Below, piece after piece: positions 36,414-47,800 of a stretch of 64,000 bases of DNA; position 1 is the first letter of the stretch, and the number at the start of each line of letters is the position of its first letter. This DNA is from a virus, in the IMG/VR virus record IMGVR_UViG_3300011271_000002, positions 32,001 through 96,000 of that record; one strand, given 5' to 3'. The notes below the pieces were generated by a model. That model had not been told where the DNA came from. It did no database searches and saw only the letters and a list, made by a program, of their open reading frames with translations. The position numbers were made by a program, and so were the translations under genes.

Positions 36414-37846
36414 GGCTTGGTCCGATCCAGCACCATTTGCGCAGACTCGTTCTGACTCGCCCGCAGATCCTCAACGCTACCAATCTCCCTGGTGCGCAAC
36501 GGGCCCAGCGCCACTTCGGTCATTATGCACTGCATGCCGCTCTCCAACAGTCGCGCAACGAGCCGCTCCTGATGTTCCGGGTCAAGCGCCTGAATCCCAT
36601 CGACGCAGATGAATCCGAGCTTGCCAGCCCGCTGCTCGGCGAGGCGCACGGATAGATCGATTCGCTCGGCTTCGTTTAGCCGCTGGAACGGCACGCCCTT
36701 AACGAATATCTCGCCGTCGATGACCTCGGTTTCCGGAAGTGGATTTTGCTTCAGAAGTTCAGAGCGTCGTGCGGCGATGGCTTCGAGGCGCGCGGAATAC
36801 TGCGCGGAGATCGCCTCGGCAGTCTCGGCCTGTTGTTTGAACTTCTCCTGTGCTTGGCGGGATTGTTCGACTGCGCCCCAGTCGGCGAGGGAACGCTCGG
36901 CGGCCTCAAGCGATACCCTCGCTTCGTCGATTGGCTTTTGGAAATCTGTGGCGATTTGTCCTAGGGCTAATTCTTTTGCATGCCCGATGTTTTGCGACGC
37001 TTCGTTGAAAATGTTGCTGGCCGCCAACAACGCCTCTCGATAAACGCGCTCTGCTTCCGCGCAACTGGCGATCTTGACTTCTTCCGCTGATCGAAGCGCG
37101 GTTATTGCCTCTCGTCGCGCTTCATCCATTGCCTCGGTCGCCTTTTGGCGAATCTCTGTCAGGGTCTGACGCCGATTCTCCACTTCCGCCTGCGACACGC
37201 CCACAACCGTCAACTTCGGCGCCGTCTCAGCCAGCGTCTTCATGGTGGCGCGGTATTCTTTGGCCTTCACGTTCTGTTGCTTGCGGAATTCGGTAAGGAA
37301 TCCATCAGCCTTGCGAAGCGCTTCCAGTGGATGCTGTTTCATGAGCGTCGCCACATCTGTCGGGGACAGCCCGGAGTCGGCGACCAGATCCTCGGCCGAA
37401 AGTTTCAGCGGCATCGATTCAAGGAGCCAACGCGCCCGCTCCTTGGGGTCCGTGACGGCCAGAAACTCCAGCGGGTTCGCCAGCCGCAGATCGAGAAGAT
37501 CGTTCAGCCAAGCGGCGCTGGCCCCGATAACGCCGAATTTTGGGACGCGCACCTTGCGATTGATCTTGCCTGGCCGAATATCCGCATCAAGCTCGCCATG
37601 CGGCTCGTCAGGCGTCCGGTCATCACTGAAGACGATGAGTACATTGGCCTTCTCGGCGCTAGTCCGGATGAGGGTAGCGTCGGCCACCACTCCTGGGCCA
37701 CCCAATGCGGACCTGATGGCGGTTGCCAGGGAACTTTTGCCCGAAGCGTTCCTGCCCTTGACCAAAGTGATTTTCTTGCCCGGCTCCAGGGAGTATTCCT
37801 CGAGGCCCAAGGCGTTGATTGTGGTTATCTTGCTGATGTATAACAT
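36410..37846 (-). CDS. Rad50/SMC-like ABC ATPase with coiled coil
   Basis: Walker A GRNASGKS, long coiled coil, LNEAE signature, ICVDG Walker B; start MLYISK. Confidence 0.85.
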   Translation of the reverse strand: MLYISKITTINALGLEEYSLEPGKKITLVKGRNASGKSSLATAIRSALGGPGVVADATLIRTSAEKANVLIVFSDDRTPDEPHGELDADIRPGKINRKVRVPKFGVIGASAAWLNDLLDLRLANPLEFLAVTDPKERARWLLESMPLKLSAEDLVADSGLSPTDVATLMKQHPLEALRKADGFLTEFRKQQNVKAKEYRATMKTLAETAPKLTVVGVSQAEVENRRQTLTEIRQKATEAMDEARREAITALRSAEEVKIASCAEAERVYREALLAASNIFNEASQNIGHAKELALGQIATDFQKPIDEARVSLEAAERSLADWGAVEQSRQAQEKFKQQAETAEAISAQYSARLEAIAARRSELLKQNPLPETEVIDGEIFVKGVPFQRLNEAERIDLSVRLAEQRAGKLGFICVDGIQALDPEHQERLVARLLESGMQCIMTEVALGPLRTREIGSVEDLRASQNESAQMVLDRTKP

Positions 37847-37851
37847 GCTTT

Positions 37852-38358
37852 TCACTCTTTCGGTACCAGTCGTAAACTCTTCTCGACAATTTCCTCGAAG
37901 CGCCCTTCCTGATGCAGCATAGCCTTCGATAGAGAGATCATCTTCACCATCAGATCCTCGAAGCTGAAGTATTCGACGCGCAAAATGCCGCAATCGAACG
38001 TGATACCGGTAAGCTCGTCGAAGTTCGGCACGGGCGGCAGTTTGAAACTGGCGTGCCGCGCCGGGCTGATGCTGGCTTCCATTGTCACTACCTTTGCTAT
38101 TCCAGCCCGACGTCGGCGCTCCTTCTTGAAATCGCCAACCCTGCTCTCTACATACTTTAGAAGCATCGACGCCGGAATCTTCATATTGCGACCTACCGAG
38201 GCGGCACCAGCGATTTTCATTACACGGATGGCTTCCGTTTTCCTCACGCTAAACAGATCCTCCACGTTTCTACGATTAAGAGATTGAGTTGGTTCCAAAT
38301 TCGCCAGTCGCTCAATGATGGGTTCGGTATTCGCAAACCAATCTGGCTTTCGTGGCAT
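37852..38358 (-). CDS. Putative DNA-binding (excisionase-like HTH) protein
   Basis: MPRKPDWF...LNRRNVEDLFSVRKTEAIRVM; resembles a family I recall from Acidobacteria mobile elements (unverified). Confidence 0.55.
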   Translation of the reverse strand: MPRKPDWFANTEPIIERLANLEPTQSLNRRNVEDLFSVRKTEAIRVMKIAGAASVGRNMKIPASMLLKYVESRVGDFKKERRRRAGIAKVVTMEASISPARHASFKLPPVPNFDELTGITFDCGILRVEYFSFEDLMVKMISLSKAMLHQEGRFEEIVEKSLRLVPKE

Positions 38359-38361
38359 TAC

Positions 38362-38982
38362 TCAAGCCGCCCTGGTTTTGGCTCTGATCCTATCGAGAGT
38401 CTTTTCAAAAGCCTCAATTAGATCTAGAAGTGTGTTGTACAGATCAGGCGAGGAGAAAAGTTCCAGTTCCGCCTGGACCTGTTCGCGGAGTTTCACTGAT
38501 CTCGATTCTTCGATCATTCGCGATCTCAAGGATTCGATCCGCAATCGGTCTTGATCGGATCGTTCCCATGCCCAATAAGCCCTGCCGTTTGGAGCGAAAA
38601 TATGACAAGCGAGACAGAGTGTCCGGAGACATCCAGGACGATTATCTCGCCAACTATTCACATGATGCACCTGAAAGGAGTCCGGATGTAAATGCTTCAA
38701 ATTCAGCGTTTGCGGACGAGCACATTTTCGGCATTGATAACCATCGCGTGCCAGAATCAATGGGCGAAGTTTACCGAATTCCGATTGATGTAAGGATGCT
38801 TTGTCGCGAGGCTGCTTCTTCTCGTTTATATATCTGGCGAGACTGGGCTTACAGGATCGATTTCTCTTAAGTTGTTGAAACAACTTAGTTAGGCATGATT
38901 TGCGGAAGCGCAAAAAGTGCTTAACGTTTACGGTCGAGCGTCGGCATTGTTTAGGGTCGATCAAGCCGTCGGCGATGCTCAT
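38362..38982 (-). CDS. HNH endonuclease (McrA-type motif)
   Basis: ILARDGYQCRKC..QVHH..N...LRTLCLACH. Confidence 0.75.
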   Translation of the reverse strand: MSIADGLIDPKQCRRSTVNVKHFLRFRKSCLTKLFQQLKRNRSCKPSLARYINEKKQPRDKASLHQSEFGKLRPLILARDGYQCRKCARPQTLNLKHLHPDSFQVHHVNSWRDNRPGCLRTLCLACHIFAPNGRAYWAWERSDQDRLRIESLRSRMIEESRSVKLREQVQAELELFSSPDLYNTLLDLIEAFEKTLDRIRAKTRAA

Positions 38983-39317
38983 GAGTCTTCCTCCGCTTGA
39001 ATCAGCAGGTCAACATTGGCGATAAGGTTCTTCGCCGCCGAGCGCATCGCCTGTAAGTCACCATGCCTGTTTTTGGAAGCGATGATGCCTTTGAACAAAT
39101 CCGCGATGATAAGCGAGTCCATCCACGCCTGATCGAGTGCGTTTAAGGCATTGGGCTTGGGGGCCAACTGTACTTGATTCGGTACAGACTGTTCATTATG
39201 CTGAACAGCCGCGCTGTTAGCATTGGACTTCTTGGCACGCGGTTTTTGCAGTAATTCATTATGCTGAATTGACTCGGGAGCGGTGGAGAAGCGAATAGAG
39301 CGTGAGCCGCCGGTCAT
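38979..39317 (-). CDS. Hypothetical protein
   Basis: ATGA-coupled at both ends. Confidence 0.5.
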   Translation of the reverse strand: MTGGSRSIRFSTAPESIQHNELLQKPRAKKSNANSAAVQHNEQSVPNQVQLAPKPNALNALDQAWMDSLIIADLFKGIIASKNRHGDLQAMRSAAKNLIANVDLLIQAEEDS

Positions 39318-39655
39318 GGTTTCGGATTCTCCGTCGGCGGCAAAACTACGAAAATAGTGCTCTCGTCTGGCATGGCCGCCCATGGCGTAGCTGGTGACAA
39401 AGGCACTCTCGCCAGCAATTCGACGTGCAGGCGACGCATGGTATCGACCGCGTTCTGCATCAGTGCGAGCGCATCGGTGCAGAGTTCCAGAATTTTTCGG
39501 TTGCGCCTTTCAATGGCGCGACTCGCTTCGTCGTGCTGGCCTTGCGAGTTCAATTGATGAACTTCCGCGACGTTGTCGGCGAACAGATGGATAAGGGTGA
39601 TTGTCAGCGCACGTGCGTATTCATTCGAGACTGGCTTGGCTGGAAGATCGCTCAC
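39314..39655 (-). CDS. Hypothetical helical protein
   Basis: Probable GTG start (MSDLPAKP) after promoter TTGCCG-17 nt-TAATGT (39704-39676). Confidence 0.55.
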   Translation of the reverse strand: MSDLPAKPVSNEYARALTITLIHLFADNVAEVHQLNSQGQHDEASRAIERRNRKILELCTDALALMQNAVDTMRRLHVELLARVPLSPATPWAAMPDESTIFVVLPPTENPKP

Positions 39656-39787
39656 GTTCGATTCACCCGCCAATAACATTACCACACAAGGCTTCTGTCG
39701 GCAATAGCTATTTTTTTTACGGTTGACAATTTCCAGACATCAGTTTAGCTTCAAGAAGGAGCCAGGTTCCAGATCTGTTCACCCAAA

Positions 39788-40264
39788 TCAGATTATCTGA
39801 CTTGGTTCTACCGGGCCCATCTTCGGCTGGGCCTGGTTCCCCGTTCTTCTCCTCGTGCTGCATCGACCCCGATGATACTGTTTTCGGCCGCAGGCGCATT
39901 TTCGCCCGCCGAAAAGATCTTCGAGCAGGCGATAGGCGTTTCTCGCGGTGTTCCGCCCTGCGCTGGCAGCCCGCGCTGCGCTTCTGATCGCCTCTCCCGC
40001 CAAGTAGCAGCTCTTGAAAATTCTCCACTGGTTAGCCAGTCGCATTCGCCTTTTGTGAAGCTTTGAGCCGGAAGGCGCGATAGCCGACGTAGAAAAGCGT
40101 TTACAAGCGTAGCACTGAAATCTCTGTGCGCCATTTCTCGCATGGCCGTATTTGCGAATGCGATGTCCAGCGAGCACGCAGGCGACAGGCGCACCTCGCG
40201 GAGCATCGCCGAGGCCAGCCGCGATCAGACTGTCTAGCTCGAGGAAAGCTGCCGAACGAGACAC
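39788..40264 (-). CDS. InsA-like Zn-ribbon/HTH protein
   Basis: KYGH.RNGAQRFQCYACKRF, GEAIRSAARA..A.RNT, CACG...H.GRC. Confidence 0.6.
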   Translation of the reverse strand: MSRSAAFLELDSLIAAGLGDAPRGAPVACVLAGHRIRKYGHARNGAQRFQCYACKRFSTSAIAPSGSKLHKRRMRLANQWRIFKSCYLAGEAIRSAARAASAGRNTARNAYRLLEDLFGGRKCACGRKQYHRGRCSTRRRTGNQAQPKMGPVEPSQII

Positions 40265-40268
40265 TAAC

Positions 40269-40982
40269 TCACCAGGTGCTTACGGCCACTCGCCGCCAGG
40301 TGCCAGTGTTGACGCATGAATAATAGAAGGAGCTATCCACCGCGTATGAGCCTGATACGCACGCCGAGGCGGAGCTTGTCGGCACAGCCACTCTGATCCC
40401 GATCAAGGTCAGATCGGCCCCGAGAGTGGTGATGCCGCCGACGTCCGTCGTCGTCATGCCGGTGCCGGGTTGAATGGCCTTCGTTCCGATAAACGCGCGG
40501 AGATCGGTGCCTCCGTTTATATCCCATGCGCCGTTCGTCGCCGTCCACTGAAAGAGCGGAACGGAATCGGGAGGGAACGAGTTTACGCCGAGAACGGAAG
40601 TGCAGCCCGCGCAGGCGATGGTCAAGTTATGCCCGACCGTCAGGTTTCCTTGCGGGGTTATGTAGAATAGTGCTGCGCCACTGCCGGCCGAGATCGTCGC
40701 TGTCGCGCTGGCGACCAGCGAGTAGACCAAGCTGCCGAAACGCACATTGCAGGGTGTGGGGATGGAACAGCGCGCGCCGATCGTGAGAATGTGCGGATCT
40801 TTGCCGACATCGAAATCCCCAAGCTGGCTCGCCATCGAAGCGCCGGCGCCGGAAATTGTCACGCTGGCTGGCGCGTTCTTGAGATCCTTAGCGCTGAATT
40901 GCGTCGGGCTCTGTGCGAAGGCCCCGGCGATCGCCAGTAGCAGAATCGAAAGCTTTAAGGATTGGTCTTGTAGTCGAAACAT
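40269..40982 (-). CDS. Secreted fibre-like protein 9
   Basis: KLSILLLAIAGAFA-Q signal; C-terminal PTSSASACVSG.YAVDSSFYYSCVNTGTWRRV fibre-tip motif. Confidence 0.75.
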   Translation of the reverse strand: MFRLQDQSLKLSILLLAIAGAFAQSPTQFSAKDLKNAPASVTISGAGASMASQLGDFDVGKDPHILTIGARCSIPTPCNVRFGSLVYSLVASATATISAGSGAALFYITPQGNLTVGHNLTIACAGCTSVLGVNSFPPDSVPLFQWTATNGAWDINGGTDLRAFIGTKAIQPGTGMTTTDVGGITTLGADLTLIGIRVAVPTSSASACVSGSYAVDSSFYYSCVNTGTWRRVAVSTW

Positions 40983-41701
40983 ATCCGGCCATCACCAGGT
41001 TGGAACCGTGCGGGGTTGATGATCGTCACTGTCGTGCCCGTGAGTCCATAATCCTGCCCCGCTTCCCATTGCTGGCCATTCTCATGGACGTAGAGACTTC
41101 CGGAAACAAGAGAAGTTCCGGCCGCTAGTGCTAACGGATAAGAGCCACTGGCATTCGCCGCGTAGCACTCGCCGCGGACGGTCGATGGTGTAGCGGTCGG
41201 CGAGCTAGCCGGAAGCGCCTGCGGCTCCCAGCGGCCTGTGGTGGCGTTCCAAATGAGCGCCTGCCCTTCCTGTGGCGCATTCGGCGAAACAGGCTTGCCC
41301 TGAATCGCGAGCACGGCATTGACACCCAGTGTGCCCTGCACGTCGCCGGTTAAGGCGAGCGCCTGCCAGAGCGCATTAACGCCATCGGTCAAGAGAGACT
41401 GCCCGACGTGTCCGGCCATCGGCGGCAGACCGGATCCTCCGGTCGGTGTCACGGTAAAGATTCCAGGTGTGCCGCCAAGCGCAGGCGCGGGCCCGGTCGG
41501 CGGCGTGAGCTTTGCGCCGACGAGAATCGCGCAGCCGCACTGATAGGCCATTCCGTTATTGACTGGCCAACAGGTAAACACCACAGGCTGTGGCGCGAGC
41601 GGCACGCAGGAGCCAGGCACGATGTCTTTGATGTTGATTTGCGTGGGGGACTGAGCCTGGAGAGTCAAACAGAGCCATATCGAAATGAATGCTGATCTCA
41701 T
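40955..41701 (-). CDS. Secreted fibre-like protein 8
   Basis: MRSAFISIWLCLTLQA-Q signal; LTGDVQG...IQGKPVS..AP.EGQALIWN...WEP repeat; VHENGQ....GQDY C-domain. Confidence 0.75.
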   Translation of the reverse strand: MRSAFISIWLCLTLQAQSPTQINIKDIVPGSCVPLAPQPVVFTCWPVNNGMAYQCGCAILVGAKLTPPTGPAPALGGTPGIFTVTPTGGSGLPPMAGHVGQSLLTDGVNALWQALALTGDVQGTLGVNAVLAIQGKPVSPNAPQEGQALIWNATTGRWEPQALPASSPTATPSTVRGECYAANASGSYPLALAAGTSLVSGSLYVHENGQQWEAGQDYGLTGTTVTIINPARFQPGDGRICFDYKTNP

Positions 41702-41733
41702 GGAGCGCAGTCTAGCACGATCCGGCAATAACC

Positions 41734-43230
41734 TTAGTGTATCGCTCCTCCAGCCAACACGCTCTTGCTGGATAACTGTCCACCGCCCATCGGGCCGAAC
41801 ACCACCACGGTATTGGAAAACGTGCTCAGATAGACCTTGCCGTTCGCAACAGTGGGCGAGACATACTTGGCACAATTACCAACGGCGTCTCCAGCCTTGG
41901 CGGTTGAATCGTATAGTAGGGACAGTGTCGTGCCATCGAAGGCCCGCAGCGCTCCGACCTGTGTAACGTCCAGATTGTATACTTGGCAGGAATTCACCCA
42001 AAGTATTCCATTGGAGGCTCCGTTTGAGCTGTAGGCCACTCCCGACATATAAGTCGGATACACATAGCTAGTAGCAGATGGAGTGGTCGTGAATGTCGTT
42101 CCGTTGTATGTGTTGCGTTGGATTCCCGCTGGCAGAGCCGGATTGACATGCGAGTTATCAATAGTGTAGAGACCGTTGTTGGCAAAGGCTGAAGCGTCAA
42201 AAAGTTCTATCTGCCCTGCCCAATCCTGCACCTGAGAACTTGGTGAGGCAGCAACCTGAGTATGTCCCATGTTGCTCTGGTCGGTTATCCACCAAACGCC
42301 GTTCTTGCCGCCGGACATCACGCGCGTGCCGACCAGGATTGGGCGTCCAGAACCTTGATCGGTATCGTTGGTATTGAGCGTGGCCCACCCGGAGTTGACG
42401 AGATAATCTTGGACAACCAGGGAAGAGTTTAGTTTGAGGATGCATTCACCGAAATTGTTGGTGCCGTCGAATGATCCGTTTCCAACTGTACAGTAGACAT
42501 TTCCAGAACCATCGGCAGCCATGCCTCCGCCCGCCTGCCAGATTCCGCCTCTTCCCCCGCTCGTGTTGACTGTGACAAACACGGCAGTTTGAGCAAGCGT
42601 CGTTGAATTGTAAGCAAATGCCCAGCCCTGCCATGTACCGCCGTCGTTGTAGCTGGCAAATCCGAAGTCCACCTTTCCACCGGATAACAGCAGGGCAGTC
42701 CTCGCCTGATGGCTGGTGGAATCAAAGGTTAACCCTTGGGCGGTACCGGAAATAGTGACGGCGGCGTGGAATGTGGACCCATCGGAGATATTGAGCGCAA
42801 AAAGTTTCCACACATCGGTTGAGTTCACGCAGACTAGATAGATCACGCCAGCCGACGAATCGATGACTGGTGTGCTGGTGCAACCAACCTTGGCTGCCGA
42901 GAAGTTCGTATCCGTGGTGGTTTTCGGAGTGTCGAGATGTTGGCTCCAGATAGCTGATCCGCAGCCATCCGCATTAAAGGCGTAGACGGTATCGTTGTCG
43001 GTGGCCACAAAGATCCGATTCGGGCTCCCACTCATATATAGGACTTGTCCGTAAACCAAACCATCCACCGAGTACGAACATAGTTTGCCAAATGCCCCAC
43101 TCACTTTGGCGGTAGTTAGTATGGTCTCGGTTGTGGTCGCGTTTGTACGCGAATTGTCGTACTGACCGGTGAGTACATCGGCACACGCATGGCAGCCAAA
43201 CAATAGAAAACTTACAAGCAAGGTCCTCAT
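41734..43230 (-). CDS. Secreted PQQ-like beta-propeller protein
   Basis: MRTLLVSFLLFGCHACA-D signal; VLT.QYDNSRT, VDG.VY.Q.LY, STPVID, GGIWQAG, PTVANGKVY. Confidence 0.85.
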   Translation of the reverse strand: MRTLLVSFLLFGCHACADVLTGQYDNSRTNATTTETILTTAKVSGAFGKLCSYSVDGLVYGQVLYMSGSPNRIFVATDNDTVYAFNADGCGSAIWSQHLDTPKTTTDTNFSAAKVGCTSTPVIDSSAGVIYLVCVNSTDVWKLFALNISDGSTFHAAVTISGTAQGLTFDSTSHQARTALLLSGGKVDFGFASYNDGGTWQGWAFAYNSTTLAQTAVFVTVNTSGGRGGIWQAGGGMAADGSGNVYCTVGNGSFDGTNNFGECILKLNSSLVVQDYLVNSGWATLNTNDTDQGSGRPILVGTRVMSGGKNGVWWITDQSNMGHTQVAASPSSQVQDWAGQIELFDASAFANNGLYTIDNSHVNPALPAGIQRNTYNGTTFTTTPSATSYVYPTYMSGVAYSSNGASNGILWVNSCQVYNLDVTQVGALRAFDGTTLSLLYDSTAKAGDAVGNCAKYVSPTVANGKVYLSTFSNTVVVFGPMGGGQLSSKSVLAGGAIH

Positions 43231-44117
43231 GGATGTATCCATGCGATTCCTAAATTGTCGGCGTTGTTAGCAAATGCTCCAAGCGTGGCTGGTAGAGTCG
43301 TCCCGCTGATGGAATTTGCCACTTTTCCAGCAACCCCAAAACTAGTATCTAACAGCAACTCGATGTTCCCCGTGGCATTCACCGCTCCGATAAGGCCTAC
43401 GCCACTATCCGTGCAACCTATCGCAGAGTAGTAAAAGCCTGGGTTCAGAACAACCGTGGTGATCGTGGTGGTTTTGACCCCCGTGGCCGCACTGGAAATA
43501 GCCCCCGAGGTCAGAAGGAGGGTGTTGCCCGTATTGTCATATACACCGACCAAGCAATTACTTGCCGCAATGGCGGTCGTAACGAGGATGTCTATTTTGG
43601 TGACCGACAGGGTGAATGGAAGATTAAATAGAGCGGCTTGAACGCTATTAGAGCCAGGGTTGTTCCAAGGCGTGCCGTTGATAGTGGCAATCGCTGGATT
43701 GCCGAACGGTAACAAAATACCGCAATTGCCGCTTGAGCAACTGAACCCGCCCGCCGCCGTAGTCTGCGGATTTTGCAATTCCCATTGCGTGCCAGTTGTG
43801 TTGTAGATCGCACAGGCTTGGGCAGTGGTGATAATGTCGTTAGCCACGAGAGCGCCGCCTGCCTTGACGATGGGGTGGGCTGTTAGGCCGTTGGGCGAGA
43901 AGCTCGGCGCGGCTGCGGTGTTGGCCGCTGTTGGCTTCCAGCAGACATGCAATCCGTCGTAGAGTCCGGTAATCGCTGGGGAGTAGGTGGCCGTCTGCGC
44001 CTGGGCTGTGCCGCCGCCAGCTATCCAGTTATGAGCACCGTCCACCGTGCGGGATCCTTCCCTAGTCTGAGCAAGCGTTACTACCGAAACAACGAGGATG
44101 ATTGCAACTTTTTTCAT
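43227..44117 (-). CDS. Secreted fibre-like protein 6
   Basis: MKKVAIILVVSVVTLA-Q signal; IAGGGTAQAQTAT module; C-terminal beta-sandwich. Confidence 0.75.
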   Translation of the reverse strand: MKKVAIILVVSVVTLAQTREGSRTVDGAHNWIAGGGTAQAQTATYSPAITGLYDGLHVCWKPTAANTAAAPSFSPNGLTAHPIVKAGGALVANDIITTAQACAIYNTTGTQWELQNPQTTAAGGFSCSSGNCGILLPFGNPAIATINGTPWNNPGSNSVQAALFNLPFTLSVTKIDILVTTAIAASNCLVGVYDNTGNTLLLTSGAISSAATGVKTTTITTVVLNPGFYYSAIGCTDSGVGLIGAVNATGNIELLLDTSFGVAGKVANSISGTTLPATLGAFANNADNLGIAWIHP

Positions 44118-44122
44118 AACGC

Positions 44123-44854
44123 TCAGTGAACCACAAAGACGCTTGGAGTGCTCACATAGCTCAGGGCCGACGTGTCCATTTCAACAGCGACAACGCCGAA
44201 AGCGCTCGCCGATGTTCCGCCCCAAGTAATTGTTGTGCCTGTGAACCCGCTATCACGAGTCTCATAGTCCGCTCCGGTGGAAGGCGTGTTGTATCCAGTG
44301 TCGGACTGCCGCGTCCAACTTGACGTGACTGTAACGCCTCCTGTGTTGGTACCGTTGCCGACGCAACTGAGCGTTGGGTTTCCGGTGAGAGCCGAACCTG
44401 TAAAGGTAGTAGCGGGCGTGCCGGATGCAGCCTGGTTACTAGACACTTTGGATTGTTTAACGGCGCTGGAACCTTTTCGCGTCATGCCGCTTATGCGAGC
44501 CACCATTACGATCGCGCCGGTGGCGTTGCCGCCAGAAGTGTTGAACGTCACGGTCATTGAGGAATTCGCGGCGAGCGCGTTGGCCACAAAGACGTAGATC
44601 GTATCCGCGCTGCTGTTTTTTAATGCAGTTGTGATCTGGGTGAAGCCTAGGGACTGGGAGTCGGTGAGACTGCCCGCAGTATTGCCGCTGGATATAACGC
44701 AGGCGTACAGGAGATCATTCGCGGCCGGCGTGAAGGAACCGCTCGCGTAGGTCGAAACGTTGGAAGTGCTGGCCGTAGAAACCCCAGCCGTCACCGCCGC
44801 TGCCGAGAGAGAAAGCGAGAGCGCGAGCAGTATCAACAAGCCGCGCCGCATCAC
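44123..44854 (-). CDS. Secreted Ser/Thr-rich beta protein 5
   Basis: MRRGLLILLALSLSLSA signal. Confidence 0.75.
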   Translation of the reverse strand: MMRRGLLILLALSLSLSAAAVTAGVSTASTSNVSTYASGSFTPAANDLLYACVISSGNTAGSLTDSQSLGFTQITTALKNSSADTIYVFVANALAANSSMTVTFNTSGGNATGAIVMVARISGMTRKGSSAVKQSKVSSNQAASGTPATTFTGSALTGNPTLSCVGNGTNTGGVTVTSSWTRQSDTGYNTPSTGADYETRDSGFTGTTITWGGTSASAFGVVAVEMDTSALSYVSTPSVFVVH

Positions 44855-47800
44855 CTCATCACCATCCAGTTTAGGGTGATCGCTCCTGGAGTGACGGAAG
44901 ACCCGGTGTTATTGCACGTCTTAAAATTCACATTTCCAGAAGTAGGATACGCGATGATAGTCAACATCCCGCTTGTGGATGGGACGTAGCCGGTAACCGC
45001 TGTCGGATCGCCGTTAAAGCTGGCTACCAGTACATCGGTCGATGCCACGCCGGTTGCGGTGGACGTGACTACAGTGGCGCACGCTCCGGAGGAAATCGCT
45101 CCAGTTCCCATCGCCGCCGTGCCGCTGGCAATAGTCTGACTGAGGATATTTGATCCGGCGGCCGTGGGGACCGTGCTGCCATTGATCGAGGTCAGGCTGG
45201 CTAGTGTCGAAACACCTGTAGCATCCCCGTTCCCGACTCCCTGATGACTGGCGAGCCGAATCAACGGCAAGGTGGTAGAAAGCGTAGGGAATGCTGTTCC
45301 ATCAGGGAATGTGGGCCAAGTTCCGCTGGTTGCGATCACCACACCAACCGTAATGCCCGTGCCGCATGGAGTAGTACCGCCGCTATCGGTCACCTTTCCG
45401 GCGGTCGTTCCCGCGCACACGGTATGACCTATCGTGACGGCCGCCGAAGCATTCACCGGTATTTCAGACGGGGCTGCAGCCACTGTGACTTGAATAGTGC
45501 TCGACTTTGAAAGCGCTATCCCGGCGATGACCTTGGGGGAGGCGCTGCAATCCGTCGCTGTCTTTGCAGTAGAGGTATAGCATTCAAGATTCCACTGAGT
45601 AACGGTGCCGCTCTGAGCGTAGGACTCCGCGACCAGGAGTAATCCTTGAAGGCCCGTACTGGTAGCACCGGTGCTAGATCCTGCCAGTAACTCAGCCGAC
45701 CCACCCGCACTCGCTGTATTCGTAGCGGCATTCGATCCGCCGGCATGGAGCGCACCGCCGCCCTGTGAAGACGCTCCACCTGCGCCGGTTTCGTTCGCTC
45801 CGCGTAGCGTCACAGATCCAAGGGCCGAGTTTGCCGATGCGTCCTGGCCGCCGATATAAGTGAGCGCCTGTGTAGAGGTCGGCGATTGCAATTTGTTCGT
45901 TCCATCCTGAAAACTGGCTAACTCAACGTATCCTTGTGACTCGATTCTAAGATGGGTATCGTAAGTCCCGCCTCCTCCGTTGGTAGTAAGAACCCGTCCC
46001 AGTATTTGTCCGATGAGAGGAACCGTCGCGCCCGCATCGTGACAGTCGCCAGCGGTGGTGGTCGATATCTGTACATAATCGCCAGCGGTGGTAGCCCCGT
46101 CGTATATACACTGAGTCATTCCGGCTATGCTGATTTCGGCGGTGCTAGTAGTGCCACAGCCGGAAACGCAAATGCCTATAACGCCGTTCGTATCGGTAGT
46201 GAGTGGCGTAACTGCTGTACTTGGAGCTCCAGTCAATTTAGCCAACTTGTTCAGTGTCGTCCCCGTCGAACTGGCGTTCGTGTGCGTCATCGTGATCGCC
46301 ATGTTGCCCACGCTGAGATTGGTATTCAGCGACGGAAAAACTAAGTTGGATAGAGCCGTGTTCGCGCCGCCAGTACCGCTTCCACTCTTAAGAAGCAAAA
46401 CGTACCCCGCCGTGGCGGTATCCCAGTTGATTGTCACATCATACTGCGTCCCGCCCGCCGCCATCTCGCAATGCGCGTCCTTCGGCTGAAGCCACTGACG
46501 AGTTGTCCCTGATGTGACCAAGGTGGTAAAGGACAAATCGCAAGTGCCCAAACCGTGAACCGAGTTGGGGATGCTCCAAGTTGTAGCCGAAGCTTCGGCG
46601 GCGGCGTAAGATCCAGATCCGCCAGAGAAAGGCATCACGCCACCAGAGCGCTGGGTAAACGTATTAGCCGTGACGGCATTGGTGGAAAACGCCACCGTGA
46701 AGTCCACGAACAGAGCGGCGGTTAAATCGATGTTTGAGGATACGGCGGTATTTGTATCTACAAATACTGAGTCTGCTGTAGTCGTCAACGCGCCTAAATC
46801 GACAGCCAATGGACCATGGATCTCAAGGTTCCCCGAGGCCCCGGTGGTAGCAGTATAGCCGAGCACGGCAAGATTCCAGTTGTTATTCGTGACCGCTGCA
46901 ATGGTGGCGGTGCTGACAATCGAAACGAGTGTCACCACTGTTCCCGATCCGCAGCCGCTTACGGTGCAAAGTTTGGTCTTGAGAGTAATCGTTGGAGTCT
47001 GGGCAGTTTGGGTTGAGTACGTTCCAGCCCCATCGAACAGAAACGGTTGACGGAGGTTATTCAAATACCCGGTCGGCAAGGCTAGTTCCATTAACGTCTG
47101 ATCAGATGTCGTATTGGTATTCACCGTCACAGCGCTGAGATTAACAACTGCACCACCAGGCGGAGTGATCGGGATATAACCGGACACACTGCTACCTGAA
47201 GTTTGCCACGTTACATTAACATTACCCCCCGGCGCGGCGGGCGTGGCTGCGTTGAAGTTTGGACTAGAAACCGATCCGCCATTTACTGATACGCTGGTGC
47301 CGCCTCCTCCTCCACTGATCACTTCGGCAAAGTAGTTAGTGCCATCTGACCAGACGCGCCAGCCAGTAGGAGCCGTTGCCGAGCCCGCCGTGCCGGTAAG
47401 ATTCGCAGCCGCACCGTTGATGTTCTGTCCGCTACGCGCAAGTATCACAACGCCAGTTCCATAGTTCAAGATCGTGATGTAATTTCCATTCACAGGTTGA
47501 GAACCGGAAGCCACGAGCGTAATGGTAAAAGTGCCAGAGGCCACGAGAATAGTTTTGTAGTTGGTGAAGTCGGCGGCTAGGACTTGGTAGGCAGCGGTTT
47601 GAGCGTTGGAGGCGAATGGAGCGCCGAGAACGACCTGGCGGCTTGAGTTCGTGGCTAGTAGAGCGGCAGACAAAGGAAGAATAAGACCATTGGTTCCCGT
47701 GATCTGATCGGAGATGTTGATGTCCACGCCGGATGCTACTACCTGCACTGCCCCGCCATTGTTGTTGTTCATCTTCCAACGATGCGCGGCGCTATCGGCA

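Noticed and set aside
39788-40264. Intact IS1 element
   Set aside because: InsA-like part only; no InsB catalytic domain or terminal inverted repeats evident.
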